Source of the DNA: Dehalococcoidia bacterium
GTDB lineage: Bacteria > Chloroflexota > Dehalococcoidia > UBA2979
DNA: 64,000 nucleotides
NCBI GenBank assembly: GCA_023228825.1
Contig: JALOAL010000001.1
Span: forward strand, 188,816-252,815
Reading direction: 5' to 3'
Each line of letters opens with the position of its first letter. Position 1 is the first letter of the stretch. The translations under genes and the position numbers were made by a program. Positions 57,655 to 64,000 of the stretch are shown piece by piece. The notes below the pieces were generated by a model. That model ran no database searches and was not told where the DNA came from. It saw only the letters and a list, made by a program, of their open reading frames with translations.

Positions 57655-59747
57655 CGGAGGAGGCGGCGACCTACACCGCGAGGCGCGCCCCGGCCGAGGC
57701 CGCAGTCGCGTGGGTGCGCTCGTTGGACCGCGTGGCGTGGATCGTCATCGGCCTGACCGTGCTGGCGGTGGTGACGCGCCTGGTGGGGCTGAGCGCGCGC
57801 GCCGTCCACCACGACGAGGCGTTGCACCTCCAGTACTCCTGGTACTTCGCGGAGGGGCGCGGGTACCAGCACAACCCGCTCATGCACGGACCGCTGCAGT
57901 TCCACCTGATCGCGGCGTTCTTCACGCTGTTCGGCGACTCGGAGTTCGTGGGGCGGCTGCCGCACGCGCTGGCGGGTATCGCGCTGGTGGCCACGCCGCT
58001 GCTCTTCCGCCGGCACCTGGGCGGCGTCGCGGTCGTGTTGGCGTCGCTGTTCCTGCTCGTGTCGCCCTCACTGCTGTATTACTCGCGGTTCGCGCGCAAC
58101 GAGCCGTTCGTCGCCCTGGCCACGGTGCTGATGCTGCTCGCGATCCTGCGCTACCGCGAGGGCGGGCGGCTGCGCTGGCTGGCGGTGTTCACGGCGGCGC
58201 TCGCGGTGCAGTTCGCCGCGAAGGAGACCGCCTACATCGTCGCCGCGCTCGCGCTGCTCTACCTGAACTTCGCCACCGCGCACGAGTTGTTCTGGGCGCC
58301 GCGCCGGGAACGAGGTGAGCGGCCGCCCTGGCGGGTGCAGGCGCTCCACGGGGCGTGGCTGGTGCCCTCGGCGTGGGCGATCGTGACGGCGTGGCCGTTG
58401 CTGCGAGGCCTGCGCGCGCGCTTCGCCTGGCGCGAGCGCCCACGAGACGCGGACCTGCTCGTGCTCACCGGCACGCTCACGCTGCCGCTGCTGGCGGCGT
58501 TCCTGCCGCACGCGCGGGGCTTCCTGCACCGCCTGCCGCTGGGCGTGGGCGCGGTCATGGACGTGGTGGTGGACTTCATCCTCTCGCCGCCGCTGTTCGC
58601 GCTGGTGGACGGCGCGACCTCGGTCTTCGGCGGCTCGCTGACGGACGAGGAGCGCACGGGCGCGGCGGTGGTGATCGCGCTGCTTGCGGCCTCGGCCGTG
58701 GTGGGGCTGGCGTGGCGGCGGCGGGAGTGGCTGATCTGCTTCGCCGTGTTCACGGCGGTCCTGGTGCCGCTCTACACCGCGTGGGGCACGAACATGCCGG
58801 GCGTGGCCGGCATCTACTGGACCTCCCTGGACTACTGGATCGAACAGCAGGAGGTGCAGCGGGCCAACCAGCCGTGGTTCTACTACTTCATGCTCACCCC
58901 CCTCTACGAGATGCTCGTGCTCGTCCCGGGGCTGATCGGGGGCCTGTGGCTCACGCTGCGTCGCCGCGATCCGGTGGCGGCGATGTTCCTCTGGTGGTTC
59001 CTGGGCATGTTCGCCGCGCTGTCCTACGCGGGCGAGAAGATGCCGTGGCTCACCGTCCACCTCGCGCTCCCGCTCGTCTTCCTCGCGGCGCACGCCCTGG
59101 GCGGCGCGCTCCCGCGGGCGTTCGAAGCCGCCCGTGCGGGCCGAGGCTCCTCGTGGCAATGGAGCGCCGGCGGCGTGTCCCTCGCCGGCCTCGTGGCGAT
59201 GTCCGCGCTCACGCTGTGGACGAACTACGGGCTGAACGTGGATCACCCGGACACGCCCATCGAGCCGTTCATGTACGCGCAGACCACGCACACCACGCGC
59301 CTGCTGGCGGATGCGGTGATCGAGGAAGTGGAGGCGGGCCGCGCGACGGGCGTCCTGATCGACAACCAGGCCAACCTGACGTGGCCGTGGGCGTGGTACC
59401 TGCGTCACCAGCCGGTGCTCTACCAGGACGGCAAGGACATGGACGCGGGGACGCTGGAGGGCGCACCGGTGGTGATCGGCACGCCGGGCATCCTCCGGGC
59501 GTTGCGCGCCTCGGACGGCTGGCGGCGGGTGGAGTACACGCACTACGAGTGGCCGCACGACTCCGGCTATCGAAACGTCACGTGGGGGAGCCTGGGCCGC
59601 GGCATTGCCAATGCGTCGCTGGTGGACGACTGGTGGCAGTTCCTCCTGCAGCGCGACCCACGGTCGCCGCTGCTGTATCGCAACGGAGAAGTGCTCTTCC
59701 CGCCCTCCGCAGAGGTGGATCCGCGCGGGTTCGAGCCGCCTCGATAG
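57651..59747 (+). CDS. TIGR03663-family membrane protein (glycosyltransferase-39/ArnT-like fold), partner of the DUF2298 gene
   Basis: The GTG start overlaps the upstream stop (GTGA). The N-terminal …HHDEALH… region and a polytopic membrane topology are present. Confidence 0.55.
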   Translation: MTEEAATYTARRAPAEAAVAWVRSLDRVAWIVIGLTVLAVVTRLVGLSARAVHHDEALHLQYSWYFAEGRGYQHNPLMHGPLQFHLIAAFFTLFGDSEFVGRLPHALAGIALVATPLLFRRHLGGVAVVLASLFLLVSPSLLYYSRFARNEPFVALATVLMLLAILRYREGGRLRWLAVFTAALAVQFAAKETAYIVAALALLYLNFATAHELFWAPRRERGERPPWRVQALHGAWLVPSAWAIVTAWPLLRGLRARFAWRERPRDADLLVLTGTLTLPLLAAFLPHARGFLHRLPLGVGAVMDVVVDFILSPPLFALVDGATSVFGGSLTDEERTGAAVVIALLAASAVVGLAWRRREWLICFAVFTAVLVPLYTAWGTNMPGVAGIYWTSLDYWIEQQEVQRANQPWFYYFMLTPLYEMLVLVPGLIGGLWLTLRRRDPVAAMFLWWFLGMFAALSYAGEKMPWLTVHLALPLVFLAAHALGGALPRAFEAARAGRGSSWQWSAGGVSLAGLVAMSALTLWTNYGLNVDHPDTPIEPFMYAQTTHTTRLLADAVIEEVEAGRATGVLIDNQANLTWPWAWYLRHQPVLYQDGKDMDAGTLEGAPVVIGTPGILRALRASDGWRRVEYTHYEWPHDSGYRNVTWGSLGRGIANASLVDDWWQFLLQRDPRSPLLYRNGEVLFPPSAEVDPRGFEPPR

Positions 59748-59886
59748 CCTCGAGGCGCCACGCAGCGAGGGCCGGCGGCGGGCGATCGGGCGGCGTCGGC
59801 GCGCTGGAGACGTTAGGAAACCTTCACGCACTCTCTATTTCGCCAGTCACCGGCACCCGGCACACTGATCTGACGACCAGAGGGAT

Positions 59887-61095
59887 GTGACCACCAGCGG
59901 GATTCGATCACCAGAGGCGGGATCACCGGAGGCGGGATCACCAGAGGTTGGCAGCCGCCTGATCCGGCGTCTGCCCCGGAGGGAACAGAGGTCCGTGCGA
60001 CCACTCCGCATCGTCATTGGCGTCGCCGTGAGCGCGATCTTCCTCGTGCTGTTGCTGGCGAAGGTCGACCGCGCCGAACTGCTGGACGCCCTGCGCCAGG
60101 TGTCGCCGGGATGGATCGCTGCGGCGGTGGCGCTGTTTGGCGCCGGCGTGTGGACGCGTGCCCAGCGGTGGCGCGCCATCCTGCGACCCATCGCACCCGT
60201 CGGACAGGCCGAGGCCGCCTCGCTGATGACCATTGGCCTCGCCGCGAACAACGTGCTGCCGGCGCGCACGGGGGAGATCGTGCGCGCGGTGCTGCTGAAG
60301 CGGCGCTACGGCGTCTCCGGCTTCGCGGTGGTCGCCACGATCATCGTGGAGCGGATCCTGGACGGCCTGGTGCTGGCGATCTTCCTGGCGGCCACCATTG
60401 CGCTGGCGGGCGGGACGGACGTGCTCCGCCTCTTTGCCGCGCTGGTGGGCGGGGCGTTCCTGCTCCTGACGGCCGTGCTGGCGCTGTTCGCCATGCGCCC
60501 GGCCCTGGCGGACCGCATGGTGGCGTTCGGCGTGCGCTTCCTCCCCGGACGCATCCGCGCGAGGGCGCACGGCTGGGCCAGCCGCTTCCTCTCCGGCCTC
60601 GCCCCCATGAGCACGCCTCGGGCCTGGTTCACGGTCACGAGCCTGACCGTGGTCTCCTGGTCGTTCGAGGCGTTTTCCGCGTGGGCCGTGGGGCAGGCGT
60701 TCGGCCTGGGACTGGATCCGGGCATCTACTTCGGGGTGGCGGGAGCGGCGAACCTCTCCATGGCGGCGCCCAGCACCTCCGGCGGCATCGGTCCGTACGA
60801 GTACTTCGCGCGCGAGGTGGTGGGCCGCTTTGGCGTGGGTGCGGCGACGGGCACGGCCTTCGCGCTGGTGCTGCACGCCACGGTGCTGGTGCCGGTGGCG
60901 ATCGTGGGGCTGCTGCTCGTGTGGCGGCAGGACCTCGGTATCCGCGCACTGGCCGAGACCGACATGGACGACATGGAGGCCGCCGCCGCCGGGGGGAGCG
61001 GTGCGCCGCCGGCGGGCCGCCCCGCGAGCGAAGGCACCGGCGGCACCGAAGGCGTCGAGGACCTCGAGACGGCCGGTACGTCGGGCGCCGGATGA
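59887..61095 (+). CDS. Flippase-like / UPF0104 (lysylphosphatidylglycerol-synthase TM region-like) membrane protein with an N-terminal (SPEAG)n repeat
   Basis: It is a polytopic membrane protein with a TIGR00374-like region. The start is uncertain. An in-frame GTG lies at 59995. Confidence 0.5.
   Translation: MTTSGIRSPEAGSPEAGSPEVGSRLIRRLPRREQRSVRPLRIVIGVAVSAIFLVLLLAKVDRAELLDALRQVSPGWIAAAVALFGAGVWTRAQRWRAILRPIAPVGQAEAASLMTIGLAANNVLPARTGEIVRAVLLKRRYGVSGFAVVATIIVERILDGLVLAIFLAATIALAGGTDVLRLFAALVGGAFLLLTAVLALFAMRPALADRMVAFGVRFLPGRIRARAHGWASRFLSGLAPMSTPRAWFTVTSLTVVSWSFEAFSAWAVGQAFGLGLDPGIYFGVAGAANLSMAAPSTSGGIGPYEYFAREVVGRFGVGAATGTAFALVLHATVLVPVAIVGLLLVWRQDLGIRALAETDMDDMEAAAAGGSGAPPAGRPASEGTGGTEGVEDLETAGTSGAG
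59897..59946. repeat. 15-bp in-frame tandem repeat gcgggatcacc[ag]gag, about 3 copies
   Basis: The repeat is read directly and encodes SPEAGSPEAGSPEVG. Confidence 0.75.
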
Positions 61096-61203
61096 CTGGC
61101 GCCTGATGACTGGTGACGGGTCGGGTACGGTGACGGGCAGGCGTGCCGCCTCGGATGGGGCCGGCGCTGCGAGCGTGTGGGGTCACGAGACGAGGGTGGG
61201 TGC

Positions 61204-62559
61204 ATGAAGGTCATCGTGATCGGGGGCGGCGTGGCGGGCCTGGGCGCCGCGTACGAACTGGTGAAGCGCGGCCACGAGGTCGCCCTCTACGAGGCGAGCA
61301 CGGAGTTCGGCGGCCAGGTGCGCACGTTCGAGATCGGCGGCGGCCGCATCGAGATCTTCTACCACCACCTCTTCCAGTCAGACGACGAGGCGATTCGCAT
61401 CATCCGCGAACTGGGCCTGGAGGATGACCTCACCTGGATCGACTCCAACGTGGGGCTGCATGGGGGCGGCAAGAACTACCCGTTCGTCGGCGCGCTGGAC
61501 CTGCTGAAGTTCAGCCGCGTCTCCCTCCTCTCGCGCCTGCGCCTGGGCCTCACCGCCCTCTGGCTGCGACGCATCTCCGACTACCAGCGCTACGAGGGCA
61601 CCCGCGCTGCCGAGTGGATCCGCGCCAAGGTGGGCAAGGAGGGCTATGACCGCGTGTGGGGCCCCCTGCTGCGCGCCAAGTTCTCGGAGCACGCGGAAGA
61701 CGTCTCCATGGTCTGGTTCTGGGGCAAGATCTACCTGCGCTTCGCCTCGCGGCCCAAGACCGGCCTCCCGGTCATCGGCGGGCTGCTGGCGAAGGAGCAG
61801 TTGGGCTACCTGGAGGGCTCGTTTGGCCGCCTGATCGACGGCCTGGTGGACGCCTGCCGCGCGAAGGGCGCGCACATGGAGGCCGGCGCCCCCGTGCAGC
61901 GCGTCCTGATCGAGGACGGCCGCGCTGTGGGCGTGTGCCTGCCCGACGGCCGCGAAGACCGCGCGGACGTGGTGCTGGCCACCACCCCCAGCGGCCTCTT
62001 CCAGAAGATCGTCCCGGACCTGCCGGAGATGGGCCCGGAGGGCGCCCAGTACGCCTCGATGCTGGGTGAGGTGCAGTACCAGTGGGCAACGGTGATGGTG
62101 CTCACGCTGGACCGGCCGCTGAGCGACATCTACTGGCTGACGATGACCGACGACGACGCCCCCTTCGTGGTGGCCGTGGAACAGACCAACTTCCTGCCGC
62201 CCTCCACGTACGGGGGCAACCACGTGCTCTACCTCTCGGACTACATGAGCCCCGGCGACCCCATGGTGGACATGAGCGCGGACGAACTGTTCGACCTCTA
62301 CGAGCCGTGGATCAAGAAGATCAACCCCGACTTCGACCGCTCCTGGGTGCGCGACAAGTGGGTCTTCCGCGACCGCGCCGGCCAGCCCGTGGTGCGCATG
62401 GGCTACCACCAGATCATCCCGCCTCACCGGAGCCCCGTCCCCGGCCTCTACCTGGCAAACACGACGCAGATCTACCCGGAAGACCGAGGCCAGAACTACA
62501 GCCTGCGCATGGGCCGCCGCGTCGCCGACCTCGTCGAGAGCGACTTTGCTTTAGGGTAG
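61204..62559 (+). CDS. FAD/NAD(P)-binding oxidoreductase (amine-oxidase/phytoene-desaturase-like fold)
   Basis: The Rossmann dinucleotide-binding motif MKVIVIGGGVAGLGAAYEL is present. The protein is 451 aa. Confidence 0.65.
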   Translation: MKVIVIGGGVAGLGAAYELVKRGHEVALYEASTEFGGQVRTFEIGGGRIEIFYHHLFQSDDEAIRIIRELGLEDDLTWIDSNVGLHGGGKNYPFVGALDLLKFSRVSLLSRLRLGLTALWLRRISDYQRYEGTRAAEWIRAKVGKEGYDRVWGPLLRAKFSEHAEDVSMVWFWGKIYLRFASRPKTGLPVIGGLLAKEQLGYLEGSFGRLIDGLVDACRAKGAHMEAGAPVQRVLIEDGRAVGVCLPDGREDRADVVLATTPSGLFQKIVPDLPEMGPEGAQYASMLGEVQYQWATVMVLTLDRPLSDIYWLTMTDDDAPFVVAVEQTNFLPPSTYGGNHVLYLSDYMSPGDPMVDMSADELFDLYEPWIKKINPDFDRSWVRDKWVFRDRAGQPVVRMGYHQIIPPHRSPVPGLYLANTTQIYPEDRGQNYSLRMGRRVADLVESDFALG

Positions 62560-62641
62560 ATCCCTGCGCGGTGGCCCGATCTACTCAACCTCCTCCTGTT
62601 GCATCCTTGCGGGCCATTAGCGCGTGCTGGGCTCAAAATCA

Positions 62642-62675
62642 TCATCGAAACGATGAGATGACCCATCGTTTCGAT
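62642..62675. promoter_or_regulatory. 14/15-bp inverted repeat TCATCGAAACGATGA…(C)CATCGTTTCGATGA at the entry to a low-GC islet
   Basis: The hairpin-forming repeat is read directly. Its function (operator, terminator or insertion scar) is unknown. Confidence 0.5.
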
Positions 62676-62738
62676 GACGACAAGTCTGGTGGCGGTGACG
62701 AAAATGTCACCGTGCATCGCGACATCGAGGAGGATCGC

Positions 62739-63350
62739 ATGAGACTGAAGGTTGAGCGGCGCTCTGTCGCTGCACTCGTTGGTGCAGCAATGTCCATCGT
62801 GATTGTACAGGGATTGATGTCCTCGTCTGTCTTCGGAAGTGGGCAATCCCCCTTCGCTGCGTACCTCGGAGTCCCCGACCACGAGTCCTACCGGGTGGTG
62901 CAATCCCACTACAAGAATTACGGAGGCGGCCCGACCGAGATACTCAAGGTTATCGATTATTACCGTGTGTCTGACGGTACGCCAGAGCGGACGGAGAGCA
63001 TCTTCTACGAGAACGGAACCGCGATAGTCTCTAGCGCCACCGACTTCGCCTCTGGCTCCCCGGTCGCAACCACACACGACCTCCGTTCGGGGCGAACCCA
63101 CACTACGACCGTGCTGCTACCAGCCGCGGGAATCACCGAGATAACACCGCTCGATGTGCTGGCAGCACGTGGTTTCTCAGAGATCGGCGAGTCCTCGTGG
63201 GCTGGCGAGACCACCCGGATCTTCGCCCTTGAGCAGGAATTGCCCGAGGGAAGCGGGCTCGATGCGGACGCAGAACGCGTCGAGGTGCACGTCCATGCCA
63301 AAAGCGAAGTGTTGTCCTGCCAAACTAGACAGTGCTTTCAATCAAGATAG
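62739..63350 (+). CDS. Secreted protein of unknown function (signal peptide) on a low-GC islet
   Basis: The strong Shine-Dalgarno GAGGAGG lies 5 nt before the ATG. The N-terminus is MRLKVERRSVAALVGAAMSIVIVQG. The tracked ORF 62082..63350 overextends upstream. Confidence 0.5.
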   Translation: MRLKVERRSVAALVGAAMSIVIVQGLMSSSVFGSGQSPFAAYLGVPDHESYRVVQSHYKNYGGGPTEILKVIDYYRVSDGTPERTESIFYENGTAIVSSATDFASGSPVATTHDLRSGRTHTTTVLLPAAGITEITPLDVLAARGFSEIGESSWAGETTRIFALEQELPEGSGLDADAERVEVHVHAKSEVLSCQTRQCFQSR

Positions 63351-63898
63351 ACTATCTTACAGTATTTACTTTTGCATTGGCGATATTGCTGGTGTCTGTA
63401 AGCATCTCATGCGCAAGCGACCATGGGGCTCTCGTGGAGCGACGCGAAGGGGAGTGGGAGATCCACCTGGATTCCGATTGGGAGGAAATAAGACTCGATG
63501 ATCCTCCTCCCGACGGGTTCACCGGACGATACAGGAGCGCATTTCAAGCGGCCTCAAGTGCTGACCGGGCGTCGGTCTCAGTCTTGGAGATCGGCGGTGC
63601 GCGAAGTCCCGCCGAGGAAGCGGAGGAGTACGCGAGGGCCATCGAGGGGTATGCGGGTTTTGAGCGGTACCGAGTGGTTGCTCGCACCGGGCCGTTCGTG
63701 GACCGTCGCAGCGTCCGGGTGGAGGTACATGCCGAGCGGGGCGACGACGAGACATTGCTCGCGGCCTTCATCCGAGCGGAAGCGGAGGCGTCCCCGATGT
63801 GGCTAGTCTTGTGCCGCGCTACCGAGGTTGAATCGTCGCTTTCGCCCTGCCCTGCCGTTGTCTCTGCGTTCCAGGTCGAATCTGGGGACCAACAGTAG
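63332..63898 (+). CDS. Secreted/lipoprotein-like protein of unknown function
   Basis: It has a GTG start and a hydrophobic signal peptide LTVFTFALAILLVSVSISCAS. It overlaps the upstream gene end. The 5' region is AT-rich. Confidence 0.4.
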   Translation: MLSIKIDYLTVFTFALAILLVSVSISCASDHGALVERREGEWEIHLDSDWEEIRLDDPPPDGFTGRYRSAFQAASSADRASVSVLEIGGARSPAEEAEEYARAIEGYAGFERYRVVARTGPFVDRRSVRVEVHAERGDDETLLAAFIRAEAEASPMWLVLCRATEVESSLSPCPAVVSAFQVESGDQQ

Positions 63899-64000
63899 TC
63901 GTGCCGGGAGGGATGTCCGTCCTCACCTTTCCCCGAGCCGCCGCCGCTGGTAGATTGCAGGGGCGCGTGAAATCGTGCACGAGCAGCGCCACCGGGTATG

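Overview
This is a 64-kb window of a high-GC (about 70%) bacterial chromosome, dominated by housekeeping genes. Several markers suggest a Chloroflexota/Thermomicrobia-like organism (inference): an adjacent Chlor_Arch 'YYY' (DUF2298) / TIGR03663 membrane-protein pair, a long Bacillus-type SRP RNA, and a T-box leader on thrS. The order of the window is ruvX–mltG–aroE–(hypothetical)–aroC–aroK/aroB fusion, acyP, mobB, a CMD-family gene, moeA, a stand-alone Lrp RAM-domain protein, a DUF1801-like fragment, then an AAA+ ATPase on a low-GC islet directly upstream of pheS. pheS and pheT are separated by about 7 kb carrying a thiolase, azlCD, an AT-rich composite palindrome with a small two-gene operon, a lone xanthine-dehydrogenase-type molybdopterin subunit, a MoaD-like gene and a hydrolase remnant. 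Downstream lie a putative metal hydrolase, a low-GC Cys-rich ORF, infC–rpmI–rplT, accC–accB-like, a lipoprotein, thrS with a T-box leader, tRNA-Val/Lys/Leu with recognisable promoters, oppDF ATPases and lepA. The window continues with fabV, a 459-aa coiled-coil protein of unknown function, SRP RNA (ffs), ksgA–ispE, a PHP phosphoesterase, an exonuclease–DinG helicase fusion, a GNAT gene, a Phd/VapC toxin–antitoxin pair and cca. It ends with rnc–smc–ftsY, the DUF2298/TIGR03663/flippase-like/FAD-oxidoreductase membrane cluster, and a low-GC islet encoding two secreted proteins. I saw no CRISPR array, rRNA or obvious transposase. The more unusual signals are short tandem repeats (12–17 bp) at several gene starts, a repeated REP-like hairpin, the single-gene AAA+ ATPase islet, the AT-rich operator region and the unassignable 459-aa protein next to ffs. 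Long antisense ORFs in the track are high-GC artefacts.
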